Positions 51,957 to 63,134 are shown, counted from the stretch's first letter. The stretch: 64,000 nucleotides of DNA from Roseicyclus sp. (GCA_018401385.1 JAGYKZ010000004.1:748-64747); one strand, 5' to 3'. Program-made: numbers and translations. The notes: generated by a model not told the origin, from the letters alone.

Positions 51957-53011
51957 GCTTTGGCCAAGAGGCGCTGGTAGACCTTGATGATCGCCTTAGC
52001 CTCATGATCGAGTGAGAAGTGATCAACCATATGGGCGCGGGCAGCAGCGCCCATTTTTCTGCGCAGCGGTGCATCGTGCAAAAGGTGATTGATCTGCGCC
52101 TCTAGGGCTGCTTGATCGTCAATCCCCACCAAATGCCCCGTTTCCCCGTCTAGGATCAGTTCCTCGAACGCACCAGCACGGGTGGCCACAACGGGCACAC
52201 CACAGGCCATGGCCTCCAGCGGTGTCAGGCCAAACCCCTCATATCTCTGTGGGGCCACAAAGAGGTCCAGCGCTTGGTAGTAGGGAATGACCTGATGGGT
52301 GGCGACCTCGGTTGGGAAATGAATGCGGCCTGTCAGACCCGCTGCGGCGATCTTTGCCTTCAGACGTTTGAGATAACCTTTATGCCGATCAGTCGCGCGG
52401 CCAAGGATCACCGCCTGCGCTGATTTGTGTTGGGGCAAGAGGTTGATCATGGCATCGACAAAACGGTCCGTGCCTTTGGAGGGACGTATCCGACCATAAC
52501 AACCAATCAGCGGTCCATCACCAAAGCCAAGCGCAGATTTCAAGGCAGCGCGATCAGGCGCGGGGCTGAACCCTTCCACATCAATCCCGTGCAAAATGAC
52601 GGTGGCAGAACGGTCCAAAAAGGCCGCCGTTTTTTGGGAGGTGGCGATCACATGATCCATCTGGCCAATCAGCCATTTCGTATAGCGTGTGTGGTGGCGC
52701 TGTGAGGCGGATGTGAACAGAAGTTTCAGCCGTTTGCCCAAAAGATATTTCAGCGCGATGCCCGCAAGCATTTCATTGTTGCGCCTTGCGTGCCAGATGC
52801 GCGAGCCAGATGGCCCTTTACGCGACATGGTCAGAAGGGCTGTCAAGGGCACGTGCGGCACGGAATCAGGCAATCCGACACCCACGGCCGCGATGGGCAC
52901 ATGGCGCGTTTGACGCGGCACCAGGCGCACAATGGTCGAGGTCACCCCAGACAAGCGCAGCTTGAAATTGGGGGCGAGAATTTCGATTTGGTCAATCTTT
53001 GGATGCGCCAT
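51953..53011 (-). CDS. GT4 glycosyltransferase, LpsB/LpcC-like (LPS core)
   Basis: APNFKLRLSGVTSTI, WHARRNNEM, FTSASQRHH, GRIRPSKG and EGFGLTPLEAMACG motifs. Confidence 0.88.
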   Translation of the reverse strand: MAHPKIDQIEILAPNFKLRLSGVTSTIVRLVPRQTRHVPIAAVGVGLPDSVPHVPLTALLTMSRKGPSGSRIWHARRNNEMLAGIALKYLLGKRLKLLFTSASQRHHTRYTKWLIGQMDHVIATSQKTAAFLDRSATVILHGIDVEGFSPAPDRAALKSALGFGDGPLIGCYGRIRPSKGTDRFVDAMINLLPQHKSAQAVILGRATDRHKGYLKRLKAKIAAAGLTGRIHFPTEVATHQVIPYYQALDLFVAPQRYEGFGLTPLEAMACGVPVVATRAGAFEELILDGETGHLVGIDDQAALEAQINHLLHDAPLRRKMGAAARAHMVDHFSLDHEAKAIIKVYQRLLAKA

Positions 53012-53059
53012 GGCTTGAGCGTTACCGCGCAAATGGGGCATGGGCAAGCGCCGCGCCTC

Positions 53060-54088
53060 TTAGACGCGGCGAATTTCTTCCAGAAGAACATGGACGTTTT
53101 CAGGGTCGGCTTCGGGTGTGATGCCATGGCCGAGGTTGAAGATATGTGGGCCATTTCTGAGCGCATCGACAATTCGCCGCGCCTCATGGCGCAAGGCATC
53201 GCCGCCTGTGATCATCAGCTTGGGGTCAAGATTTCCCTGCACGCAACCATCTTTCTGCAAATGCTCCGCGGCCCATGTCGCATCTACGCTTGTATCGAGG
53301 GCCAGACAATCCGCGCCAACGGCCTTGGCAAAGCCGATATATTTCTCGCCAGCTTCGCGCGGGAAGGCGATGACGGGCAAGCCTGGGAAGCGGCGCTTCA
53401 TCTCTTGCGTGATCTTTTTGGCGGGTTCGAGCGCGTAGCGATCAAAGGCTTCGCCTTTGAGAGAGCCTGCCCAACTGTCAAAGATTTTCACGACCTCGGC
53501 ACCCGCCTCAACCTGTTTCGAGAGATATTCGATGGTTGCTTGTGTGAGAAGATCCATCAGCGCATCAAAAGTCGCGGGGTCTTCTTCGCGCAATTTATGC
53601 GCGGGGGCTTGGTCGGGTGTGCCGCGCCCTGCGATCATATAGGTGGCCACTGTCCATGGCGCACCTGCAAAGCCGATCAGCGTGGTCTCTTTGGGCAATT
53701 CTTGCGATAGGATTTTAACCGTCTCGTATACGGGCGCGAGACGATCGTGAATGTCATCCTTGCCCTTCAAAGGCTTCAAACCCTCTGGCCCTGTGATGGT
53801 GGATAGGCGCGGGCCTTCGCCCGTGACAAACCACAAATCCGCCCCAAGCGCATCGGGGATCAGCAGGATATCGGCAAAGAGAATGGCCGCGTCAAAGCCA
53901 TAGCGGCGGATCGGTTGCAATGTCACCTCGGCGGCCAAATCGGGTGTGTAGCAGAGCGAAAGAAAATCCCCAGCTTGCGCGCGTGTCGCGCGATATTCGG
54001 GCAAGTAGCGCCCCGCTTGGCGCATCAGCCAAACCGGAGGGGTGGGAAGGGTTTCACCGCGTAGGGCGCGCAGGAGTGTTTTTGTCAT
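53060..54088 (-). CDS. hemE: Uroporphyrinogen decarboxylase
   Basis: [40 protein letters not shown] and FNLGHGI motifs. Confidence 0.97.
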   Translation of the reverse strand: MTKTLLRALRGETLPTPPVWLMRQAGRYLPEYRATRAQAGDFLSLCYTPDLAAEVTLQPIRRYGFDAAILFADILLIPDALGADLWFVTGEGPRLSTITGPEGLKPLKGKDDIHDRLAPVYETVKILSQELPKETTLIGFAGAPWTVATYMIAGRGTPDQAPAHKLREEDPATFDALMDLLTQATIEYLSKQVEAGAEVVKIFDSWAGSLKGEAFDRYALEPAKKITQEMKRRFPGLPVIAFPREAGEKYIGFAKAVGADCLALDTSVDATWAAEHLQKDGCVQGNLDPKLMITGGDALRHEARRIVDALRNGPHIFNLGHGITPEADPENVHVLLEEIRRV

Positions 54089-54206
54089 GGTCGATCCGAT
54101 TTTCTTTTGCCAAATTTCTTTGGATATAGGCTCAAACACGTCCTAACCTGCCCAAGCCATACTGTCTATGGTTGTCATGGCAAGTTGACAGAGTTAGAAG
54201 GAAGTC

Positions 54207-55152
<946 letters not shown>

Positions 55153-55177
55153 GCGTGATCCGTCTGATCGCCTATGG

Positions 55178-55204
55178 AAAAGCCCCGCCAGAGCGGGGCT
55201 TTTT
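55178..55204. terminator. Bidirectional intrinsic terminator
   Basis: AAAAGCCCCGC-CAGA-GCGGGGCTTTT between convergent genes. Confidence 0.85.
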
Positions 55205-55218
55205 GTTTGTGCGCATGG

Positions 55219-56691
55219 TTACTCTTGCCAAGAAACGCCCGTCAGATCATTGGCCTGTGTCGGTGCATTTTCCCACAGGCCACGGATGCGCGCATCGGCA
55301 ACCCCTGTTTTTGCCAACTGAAACAAATAGCCGTTCACATAATCATCAGCGATCATGCGCTGCATTTGCGCCATCAAATCGCTACGCGCGGCAGGGTCGC
55401 TTTCCAAGGTGAGCGCCTCACTCAGCGCGACAAACTCGGGACGGGCGTATTGGAAATAATAATCCTCGCGCGCATAAATGCCGATATCCATCGGTTCCGT
55501 GTGACTGACGATGGTCAGGTCGAAATCACGGCCACGAAACACCTGCTCTAGCCACTGCGCCCATTCCAAATTGGTGATCTCGGTTTCGATTCCAACGTCA
55601 CGCAGTTGCGCGGCAATGATCTCGCCGCCACGGCGGGCATAGGCAGGCGGGGGCAACATCAGACGCAGCGTCACACCTTCCAGCCCCGCGTCTTGCAGCA
55701 AAGCCCGGGCGCGCTCTGGATCGTAATTCGATTGGGCGGTCAGGTCGACATAATCGGGATTATGAGGGGCAAAATGCGTGCCGATAGGGGTTCCATAACC
55801 AAACATGGCCCCATCGATAATGTCTTGGCGATTGATCGCGTGCGAAATCGCCGCGCGCAGGCGGATGTCGTCTAGTGGGCTTTGCTTGTTGTTCATTGCC
55901 AAAATGGTCTCGCCCTCGGTTGAGCCAACAATCACGTTGAACCGCGGGTCTGCCTCGAATTGGGCCAAGGTTTCAGGCGCTGGGAAATTTGGGAACGCAT
56001 CCACATCGCCCGCCATCAGCGCCGCATAGGCTGCATTTGGGTCAGTGATGAAGCGGAAAGTTGCGGTTTCGAGCGCCACGGGATCGCCCCAATAGGCGGC
56101 ATTGCGGGCCAATTCCACACGATCACCTTGCACCCAATCGACAAAGCGGAAAGGACCTGTGCCAATCGGATTGGTGGCGTTTGTTTCCACGGTTTCAGGG
56201 GCTACGATCACCGCATCCCCCCACGCCATTTTGAACAAAAACGCCCCATCAGGCGCGCTGAGCGTGACAACCACGGTGTCTGGGGTTTCGGTGATGACCG
56301 CTTCAATGCCAGCAAAAAGTGCGGCTTGTGCATTGGTGGTGCCTTCGGCGCGCGCGCGATCAAGGCTGAAGACCACATCATCCGCGTTCATCTCGCTGCC
56401 ATCATGGAACCGCACATTTGGCGCGAGTGTGAAGCGATAGGTCAAACCATCCTCGGAAATCTCCCATGATCGCGCAAGCCCAGGTTGAACGGACCCGTCA
56501 GGGCCGAACCGTGTGAGGCCCTCAAAGACATTGGCGTAGACCACCTCATCAATCGCCGCTGCCGCACCAGCGGTGGGGTCAAGATTTGGCGGCTCAAGCA
56601 CCATGCCAATTTTGATACCATTGCCTTGCGCAAAGGCGCATGAGGTCGAAAGAATAAATGCCGTGGTGGCGGATTTCAGAAACCGAACCAT
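55219..56691 (-). CDS. ABC transporter substrate-binding protein (family 5, peptide/nickel)
   Basis: Signal peptide; EPPNLDPT, FEGLTR, FHDGS, PIGTGPF and AISHAINR motifs. Confidence 0.92.
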   Translation of the reverse strand: MVRFLKSATTAFILSTSCAFAQGNGIKIGMVLEPPNLDPTAGAAAAIDEVVYANVFEGLTRFGPDGSVQPGLARSWEISEDGLTYRFTLAPNVRFHDGSEMNADDVVFSLDRARAEGTTNAQAALFAGIEAVITETPDTVVVTLSAPDGAFLFKMAWGDAVIVAPETVETNATNPIGTGPFRFVDWVQGDRVELARNAAYWGDPVALETATFRFITDPNAAYAALMAGDVDAFPNFPAPETLAQFEADPRFNVIVGSTEGETILAMNNKQSPLDDIRLRAAISHAINRQDIIDGAMFGYGTPIGTHFAPHNPDYVDLTAQSNYDPERARALLQDAGLEGVTLRLMLPPPAYARRGGEIIAAQLRDVGIETEITNLEWAQWLEQVFRGRDFDLTIVSHTEPMDIGIYAREDYYFQYARPEFVALSEALTLESDPAARSDLMAQMQRMIADDYVNGYLFQLAKTGVADARIRGLWENAPTQANDLTGVSWQE

Positions 56692-56983
56692 GTGGCCCTC
56701 CCGCTGGAAAATTTCTTGTATCGTAGTGGTGCAGTCGTTGCTGTGGCAAGTGTTCTGGTTGTGTTGGCCCGCCAATGGTGCAGCTGTCAAAGCAAAATAC
56801 ACGGCAAGAGGCGGCGCATACTGTCGCAGAACTGTCATTTCCGACTCGCTCGAATCGTTATCAATCGTTAACCGTTGAACTTGGATCGGCTGCCGCTGAT
56901 TCTGCGAAGACTTCGGACATTGCGTGGGCCTCGATGCTGTGGGACCGTGTCATGTGGTCGAAGCGAGTTCGGGAGACGTGCAT

Positions 56984-57169
56984 ATGGTCAGTGAAACGGC
57001 GCAGAAGATTCTTGCCCTATCCGCCGATGAGGTAACCAAGTTCGTGAAAGAGCAGGCAAAGAGCCGCAAGCTTTCAAGCATCATGAAAGTTCTCAATGAT
57101 GCCGCGCTGAAAGGGGACAAGCTGGCGCAGCGCGCAATCGAGCATATGGGGTTTGTTCTGCAACCCTAA
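56984..57169 (+). CDS. Small hypothetical protein (61 aa)
   Basis: GGAG RBS followed by ATG; reads as a helical protein; stop overlaps the stop of the convergent gene. Confidence 0.6.
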   Translation: MVSETAQKILALSADEVTKFVKEQAKSRKLSSIMKVLNDAALKGDKLAQRAIEHMGFVLQP

Positions 57170-58455
57170 CCGCGTGGCAGGAGTTCCGCCAAGGTCAGCG
57201 CCATCACCAAAGCGCTATCTTGCATATCGTCCACGCCAATCCATTCATCGGGTTGATGTGCCAGTTCCAAAATGCCTGGCCCATATGCGATACAGTTATT
57301 GAGCCGCCCTATACGGTCGATATGTTTCTGGTCATAGGTTCCTGGGCTGACCACATATTCTGCTTTGCGGGCCAAGACCCGCTCAATGGCGTGCCCTACC
57401 GATTGCACCAGAGGGCTGCCTTCATCTGTCATACTGGGCTGCACCTCGAAGAGGTCGGAAATATCGTATTCAAATCGCGGGCGGCGCGCTTTGACCATCT
57501 CTAACATATCGGTCAATTCCGCTTTCACTGTTTCAATGTCTTCTTCGATTAAAAAGCGGCGATCAATCACGATGCGGCAGCGATCTGCGACACAAGGTGC
57601 GGGCAGGCCTGTGTAATCCTTGGCCTGTTCGGCCTCGCCGCCATGGATTGAATTGATGTTCAGTGTGGATTGGCGGGCCTGTGGCGGCACGACCGGCATC
57701 GCCGTGGTTTTCCCCGCCAAGAGGGGCAAAAGATGCGTTTCAATCTCGGATAAAACCGCGCCCATATGGGATATCGCGCTGTCACCCAAGAACGGCATGG
57801 AGCCATGCGCAATACGTCCCTTGGTCTCCACTTGCGCCCACCAGACCCCGCGATGGCCAAGGCATATGCGATCCTTTTGCAGCGGTTCGGGAATGATGAC
57901 GTGCTGCACACGCGAAGGGTCAAATCTGCCCTGTTCGGCCAGATAGGCCACGCCGCCGAACCCGCCCGACTCCTCATCTGCTGTTGCTGAAATTTCAATC
58001 GCACCCGCGAAATTGGGATAGGTCGCAATAAAGGCTTCGGCCGCGATGATCGCGGCAGCAAGCCCGCCTTTCATATCGCAGGCACCGCGCCCGTATATCC
58101 GCCCGTTTTCAAGCAGGCCGCCGAACGGGGGTTTGGTCCAACCATGGCCAATTTCCACCACATCATGATGGCCGTTGAAATGCACCGTGTCACCCGTCTT
58201 GCCGCCCTCGTAGCGTGCGACCATGTTCCAGCGTGGATGGCTGTCGCTGTCTGCCAGCGCGCCTTCGGCACGGATCAATTCAACTGCGAAACCTGATAGC
58301 TCAAGCCTTGTTTTGAGATAGTCGCAGATCTCGCGATAGTTCTGACCCGGTGGATTGAGCGTGGGAATGCGGATCAGATCTTGGGTCAGGCCAATCAACG
58401 CATCACGGCGGTCTGCGATGGCTGCCTCAAGCCGATCTTTGCTGTCGTTTCCCAT
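57166..58455 (-). CDS. ArgE/DapE family (M20) deacylase
   Basis: FNGHHDVV, GRGACDMKGG, DEESGG, HGSMP and AHQPDEW motifs. Confidence 0.92.
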   Translation of the reverse strand: MGNDSKDRLEAAIADRRDALIGLTQDLIRIPTLNPPGQNYREICDYLKTRLELSGFAVELIRAEGALADSDSHPRWNMVARYEGGKTGDTVHFNGHHDVVEIGHGWTKPPFGGLLENGRIYGRGACDMKGGLAAAIIAAEAFIATYPNFAGAIEISATADEESGGFGGVAYLAEQGRFDPSRVQHVIIPEPLQKDRICLGHRGVWWAQVETKGRIAHGSMPFLGDSAISHMGAVLSEIETHLLPLLAGKTTAMPVVPPQARQSTLNINSIHGGEAEQAKDYTGLPAPCVADRCRIVIDRRFLIEEDIETVKAELTDMLEMVKARRPRFEYDISDLFEVQPSMTDEGSPLVQSVGHAIERVLARKAEYVVSPGTYDQKHIDRIGRLNNCIAYGPGILELAHQPDEWIGVDDMQDSALVMALTLAELLPRG

Positions 58456-58572
58456 GCCATGCCCATATCTTGCGCGCTGATGAATTCAGCTTGCGGTGAG
58501 AATTTAGCCATTGCAAGCCCGTGCAATTTTGCAACGGGCTCTTATATCTGGCAGGAGAGCACATGAAACGAT

Positions 58573-58866
58573 GTGGGGGATTCGATTGTGATTCTTCGTT
58601 TGGCTTTGCTGATGATGGCCGTTTTGACGGTCGTCTCTGTGTCGCTTTATTATTACCTGCGGGCAGGGCGGCGCGAGGCGTTGTTGTCCGAATGGCAGGC
58701 GCGTGACCCCTCAGAAGCGGCGAATGAGCATCGGGATGATTGGATCAATCGGCGTTTGGCCGCCGCAATGCGCCAAACCGTATGGCGCTTGGCCGTTGTG
58801 GTTTATGCTTTGCCACTGGCGGGGCTGTTTCTCTATGTCGGGTTTACCGATCCTTTCGTGCCCTAA
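58573..58866 (+). CDS. Small hypothetical membrane protein (2 TM)
   Basis: Two hydrophobic helices around a charged loop; upstream of the DUF1523-like gene. Start uncertain. Confidence 0.6.
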   Translation: MGDSIVILRLALLMMAVLTVVSVSLYYYLRAGRREALLSEWQARDPSEAANEHRDDWINRRLAAAMRQTVWRLAVVVYALPLAGLFLYVGFTDPFVP

Positions 58867-58915
58867 GCGCCTGTGGTAACGAGGGACTGAGGGGCGAAAA
58901 GGGGGCGAGCGAAAG

Positions 58916-59518
58916 ATGCGATGGCCACGGATCACGGTATTATTGGTTTTGGGCGCGCTGATTGTGGCGTTTTTTCATTATACGCTGCCCAAGCGGGATA
59001 TTCTGCGCATCACCCAAACCGAGGTGATCCGACAGGATTTTTCAGGATTTAATCGGATTTTCTATGCCCGTGGTGATACAGGCAACGCGCAATTGAACTC
59101 GCGGGATTTGCGGTTGATCAATACGGTCGATGCGCAGGGCCAAGTCCATGTGTTCCGCAACGAGGATACGGGGTTCGGCTGGCCACCCTATTTCAAGCTG
59201 GACAGTTCAGATGTGCAGGCGGAAGCCGCCAATTTGATCTCGACCCAACGCGATCCCACCTGGGTCGCCGTCACCCATTATGGTTGGCGGTCGCGGATTT
59301 TGACGACCTATCCCAATATTGTTGGATTGCGGCAGGTCGATGGGCCAGATGTGACGTTGATCCCATGGATGCCTGTGGCGATTTTGGTGTTTATCGGGCT
59401 TTTGGGGTTGGCCCTGTGGCGCATTTGGGAGCGCTTTGAGGCGCGGGTGATCGATCCGATCTATGACCGTGCGGCGGTGTTTTGGTCCAAAAGCCGCAAT
59501 CGTTTTCGCGGAAAATGA
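58916..59518 (+). CDS. DUF1523 family protein
   Basis: HYTLP, VFRNEDTGFGWPPYFKLDSSDVQAEA and HYGWR...YPN motifs. Confidence 0.8.
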   Translation: MRWPRITVLLVLGALIVAFFHYTLPKRDILRITQTEVIRQDFSGFNRIFYARGDTGNAQLNSRDLRLINTVDAQGQVHVFRNEDTGFGWPPYFKLDSSDVQAEAANLISTQRDPTWVAVTHYGWRSRILTTYPNIVGLRQVDGPDVTLIPWMPVAILVFIGLLGLALWRIWERFEARVIDPIYDRAAVFWSKSRNRFRGK

Positions 59519-59529
59519 AGGGTGTAGGC

Positions 59530-60411
59530 ATGGAGGCTTGGGATGAGGTGCGCACAGCCTATCATGTGGCACGGCTTGGCACAGTTTCTGGCGCGGCGGA
59601 TTATTTGTCCGTGCACCATGCAACCGTAATCCGTCATATTGATGCGTTAGAGGGCCGCCTGGGCGTGCGTCTCTTTCATCGCCATGCACGTGGATATACC
59701 CCAACGGAGGCGGGCAAAGATTTATTGGCCACAGCGGCAGAAACCGAGGCGCGATTTTCGCAATTGGCTTCGCGGATTTCTGGGCGCGGGGATAGTTTGA
59801 CGGGGGAATTGGTTCTCACCGCTCTTGGGTTCATCACACCGCTATTGATGCCTGCTTTGGCCGAGTTGCAAGGCATCCATCCCGATTTGCGTATTCGCTT
59901 GGTCACGGATGAGCGTGTTTTTCGGATGGAGCAGGGGGAGGCGCATATCGCCATTCGCGCAGGCACAGCCCCAAGCGAGCCTGACAATGTTGTTCAGCCC
60001 TTTATGACAATCAACTCGCATCTTTGTGCGAGCCGCGCCTATCTTGAAAAGCATGGCCGCTTTGACGTTGCGCAGATGCAATCGCATCGTTTTGTTGGCA
60101 CAACGCAAACCGATCCGCGCGCGCCCTTTTTGCGGTGGATGCAGGATCATGTGCCGCAGGACCAGATGGTATTGCGCGCATCTGATTATGCCACTGTGAT
60201 CGAAGCGGTGCGGGCCGGGATCGGGATCGGATTTGTGCCCGAATTTATCGCCATGAAAGATGACAATCTCATAGATGTCATGCCACCCTTATCTGATTTG
60301 GCCGCCACGATTTGGCTTGTCACTCATGTGGACTTACACCGCAGCCCCAAAGTGCAACGTGTCTTGGCGCACCTGAAGGCGCGCGTGAAGGGCAGCGCTG
60401 TGCCCAGTTAA
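59530..60411 (+). CDS. LysR family transcriptional regulator
   Basis: WDEVRTAYHVARLGTVSGAA...HHATVIRHIDALE...LFHRHARGY; HVDLHRSPKVQ. Confidence 0.93.
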   Translation: MEAWDEVRTAYHVARLGTVSGAADYLSVHHATVIRHIDALEGRLGVRLFHRHARGYTPTEAGKDLLATAAETEARFSQLASRISGRGDSLTGELVLTALGFITPLLMPALAELQGIHPDLRIRLVTDERVFRMEQGEAHIAIRAGTAPSEPDNVVQPFMTINSHLCASRAYLEKHGRFDVAQMQSHRFVGTTQTDPRAPFLRWMQDHVPQDQMVLRASDYATVIEAVRAGIGIGFVPEFIAMKDDNLIDVMPPLSDLAATIWLVTHVDLHRSPKVQRVLAHLKARVKGSAVPS

Positions 60412-60749
60412 TCGTCAATGGATTTGCTGGATAGTTCATGGGCCAGAAAAGCCTCGAACGCATCCAGATTCACAGCCTCGAATTGCCCGAAACTTTGCAT
60501 CCATATGCTTGCCGCACGCAGGGCATCTGGTTCGAGCTTGCACCATTTTACACGTCCACGCTTTTCTTGTGCAATCAATCCTGCCGCCGCAAGGATGCCC
60601 AGATGTTTGGAGATGGCCGCCAAAGACATATCAAACGGTTCGGCGACATCGGTCACGGCCATGTCATCTTCCAGCAGCATCGACAAGATCGCGCGGCGGG
60701 TCGGGTCGGCCAAAGCGGCGAAAGTCAGGTCGAGGGTTTGCGTGGTCAT
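60408..60749 (-). CDS. ArsR/SmtB family transcriptional regulator
   Basis: FAALADPTRRAIL...SLAAISKHLGIL..AGLI..EKRGR. Confidence 0.92.
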   Translation of the reverse strand: MTTQTLDLTFAALADPTRRAILSMLLEDDMAVTDVAEPFDMSLAAISKHLGILAAAGLIAQEKRGRVKWCKLEPDALRAASIWMQSFGQFEAVNLDAFEAFLAHELSSKSIDD

Positions 60750-60781
60750 GTGGCACTGTATCTGGCCTAATCAGGTGATCG

Positions 60782-60797
60782 TCAACCATTTGGTTGA
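60782..60797. promoter_or_regulatory. Palindromic operator upstream of the ArsR gene
   Basis: TCAACCA-TT-TGGTTGA, a perfect inverted repeat about 32 nt before the ArsR start. Confidence 0.6.
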
Positions 60798-60992
60798 ATA
60801 TGCGAAATCGATGAATTTTTGATCCAACAGAGGCGGTGGCCTACCTGTCCAAACTGTCGCATATGAATTTTAATATTTAATAACAAATACTTAATGGTAG
60901 CGCCGCAGGTGCAAAGTTTCGTTGACTCTGGAAGGCGCGCTTCATAGGTTCCGCGCAATGCCCGATGGACGCTTTCTGAAGGTGCTTCACGC

Positions 60993-61331
60993 ATGACCGA
61001 GCCATCGCCAGACCCTGATCGCCTGAAGGCATTGGAGGAAAAACTGGCAGCTCTGCGCGCGCGGGAGGAAGATCAGACGCCGCCGATGGGGGAACATTAT
61101 TCCCAAGCGCAGCACGCGTGGCGGATGGTGATTGAGCTGGTCAGCGGATTGTTGATTGGCTTCGGTATCGGTTGGGGGCTGGATAGCCTGTTGGGCACGA
61201 CCCCTTGGCTGATGGCGATTTTTACAATGCTGGGCTTTGCCGCTGGGGTCAAAACCATGATCCGCTCCGCGCGCGAGCTTCAGGACAAACTCCAAACCCG
61301 TCCGATGGCGGATGCGGATGATGACAAATAA
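60993..61331 (+). CDS. atpI: AtpZ/AtpI family protein
   Basis: [11 protein letters not shown]...GWGLD..LGTTPW...GFAAGVKTM; first gene of the F0 operon. Confidence 0.9.
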   Translation: MTEPSPDPDRLKALEEKLAALRAREEDQTPPMGEHYSQAQHAWRMVIELVSGLLIGFGIGWGLDSLLGTTPWLMAIFTMLGFAAGVKTMIRSARELQDKLQTRPMADADDDK

Positions 61332-61342
61332 GGGGATGCACC

Positions 61343-62197
61343 GTGGCTTCGGATGTAGCGAATTCTGATCAGAACAAGCCTGCCAGCAAGGGCAAGCCCA
61401 TTGCCTTTGTTCTTTTGGCGATTGCGGCCGTGCTTTTCATCTTGGGCCTGCTGGATGATTATGAAGGCGTATTTGCGATCCATCCGATGGACCAGTTTAT
61501 TGTGTCCCCGCTTTTTGGCGATGGTGCGGTGCATTGGTATACGCCCACAAATGTCACGATGTGGATGGCTTTGTGCATCCTTTCCATCGTTGCTTTGATG
61601 GTCATGGGCACAGGCGGTCGCGCAATTGTGCCATCACGCGGTCAGTCGATTGCGGAACTGGTTTACGGGTTCGTGCGCAAAATGGTTGAGGATGTCGCAG
61701 GCAAGGATGCGCTGCCCTTCTTCCCATATGTCTTGGCGCTGTTCATGTTCATCCTGTTTTCGAACTTGCTTGGCCTCATTCCAATGAGCTTTACCACGAC
61801 ATCGCATATCGCGGTTACGGCCATTTTGGCGGCTGCGGTGTTTTTGACCGTGACGATTGTGGGCTTCGTGAAAAACGGCACAGCCTTCCTTGGTCTGTTT
61901 TGGGTGACATCTGCGCCCCTCGCGCTGCGCCCTGTTTTGGCGGTGATTGAGTTAATCTCTTACTTTGTGCGTCCCGTCAGCCATTCCATCCGTCTGGCAG
62001 GCAATCTGATGGCAGGCCATGCGGTTTTGAAAGTTTTCGCAGGCTTTGCAGGTGCCATGGGCGCCGCAGCCTTCGCCCCGATTTTTGGTGTGGTCGCGAT
62101 TTACGGGCTGGAAGTGCTCGTGTCCGTGATCCAAGCCTATGTGTTTACCATCCTGACCTGTGTCTATCTTAAAGACGCGCTGCATCCGCATCACTAA
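61343..62197 (+). CDS. atpB: F0F1 ATP synthase subunit a (N-terminally extended)
   Basis: [32 protein letters not shown] and [13 protein letters not shown] motifs. Confidence 0.97.
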   Translation: MASDVANSDQNKPASKGKPIAFVLLAIAAVLFILGLLDDYEGVFAIHPMDQFIVSPLFGDGAVHWYTPTNVTMWMALCILSIVALMVMGTGGRAIVPSRGQSIAELVYGFVRKMVEDVAGKDALPFFPYVLALFMFILFSNLLGLIPMSFTTTSHIAVTAILAAAVFLTVTIVGFVKNGTAFLGLFWVTSAPLALRPVLAVIELISYFVRPVSHSIRLAGNLMAGHAVLKVFAGFAGAMGAAAFAPIFGVVAIYGLEVLVSVIQAYVFTILTCVYLKDALHPHH

Positions 62198-62260
62198 GCG
62201 GGGCTTCACAAGGTCACGAAACCCCTCATTCAGCCAATTCCAACGTAAGGAGAAACGCAA

Positions 62261-62497
62261 ATGGAAGGCAATATCGCAGAACTCGGTCAATTCATCGGTG
62301 CAGGTCTTGCTGGCATGGGTGCCGGCGTGGCGGCACTTGGTGTGGGTAATGTTGCAGGCAACTTCTTGGCCGGCGCATTGCGCAACCCCTCTGCTGCAGC
62401 AGGTCAAACTGCAACGCTCTTCATCGGTATCGCGTTCGCAGAAGCCTTGGGGATCTTTGCATTCCTTGTTGCTCTTCTGCTGATGTTCGCGGTCTAA
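62261..62497 (+). CDS. atpE: F0F1 ATP synthase subunit c
   Basis: [14 protein letters not shown] and [10 protein letters not shown]. Confidence 0.97.
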   Translation: MEGNIAELGQFIGAGLAGMGAGVAALGVGNVAGNFLAGALRNPSAAAGQTATLFIGIAFAEALGIFAFLVALLLMFAV

Positions 62498-62585
62498 GCC
62501 TTTAGAGAACCATCCTTACGGCTGGGGCGCCCTATGCCCGTGGCGCAGGGGCGGCCCAGTGTATCAAAGGTTCCAGGAGGACGTG

Positions 62586-63134
62586 ATGGCAGACACTGCC
62601 TATAATTCAGGAAATGCAGCTCAAGGGGGTGAAGCCGCTTCAGGTGGTATTCCCCAGCTCGACTTTTCCACTTTCCCGAACCAAATATTCTGGCTCGTGG
62701 TCAGTTTGGTCGTTGTATATCTGGTGCTCAGTCGCGTTGCATTGCCACGCATCGCTGCGGTTCTGGCCGATCGCCAAGGCGCAATTTCCAAGGATATTGC
62801 CGCCGCTGAAGAGTTGAAAGCCAAGGCGCTTGCCGCCGAGGACGCCTACAACAAAGCGCTGGCCGACGCACGCGCACAGGCGCAAGAGATCATTGCGGAA
62901 ACACGCAGTGAAATCGCTGCGGAACTGGCGGATGCCACTGCGAAAGCGGATGTGCAGATCGCGGCCAAAGCGAAGGAGTCTGAGGCACGCATCGCCGAGA
63001 TCCGCGCGGGTGCCGTGAAGAATATCGAGGCGGTTGCAAAAGACGTGACCGCAGAGATTGTCGCCGCCCTAGGAGGCACCAAGCCAGACGCAAAGACGCT
63101 GAAAGCGGCGATTGCAGAGCGGATGAAAGGCTAG
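62586..63134 (+). CDS. atpX: F0F1 ATP synthase subunit b'
   Basis: [17 protein letters not shown]...ALPRI followed by a coiled coil. Confidence 0.92.
   Translation: MADTAYNSGNAAQGGEAASGGIPQLDFSTFPNQIFWLVVSLVVVYLVLSRVALPRIAAVLADRQGAISKDIAAAEELKAKALAAEDAYNKALADARAQAQEIIAETRSEIAAELADATAKADVQIAAKAKESEARIAEIRAGAVKNIEAVAKDVTAEIVAALGGTKPDAKTLKAAIAERMKG

Noticed and set aside
62261-62497. Na+-translocating ATP synthase
   Set aside because: The c subunit has AEALG and lacks the Q...ES/T sodium-binding signature, so it looks like an H+ type.
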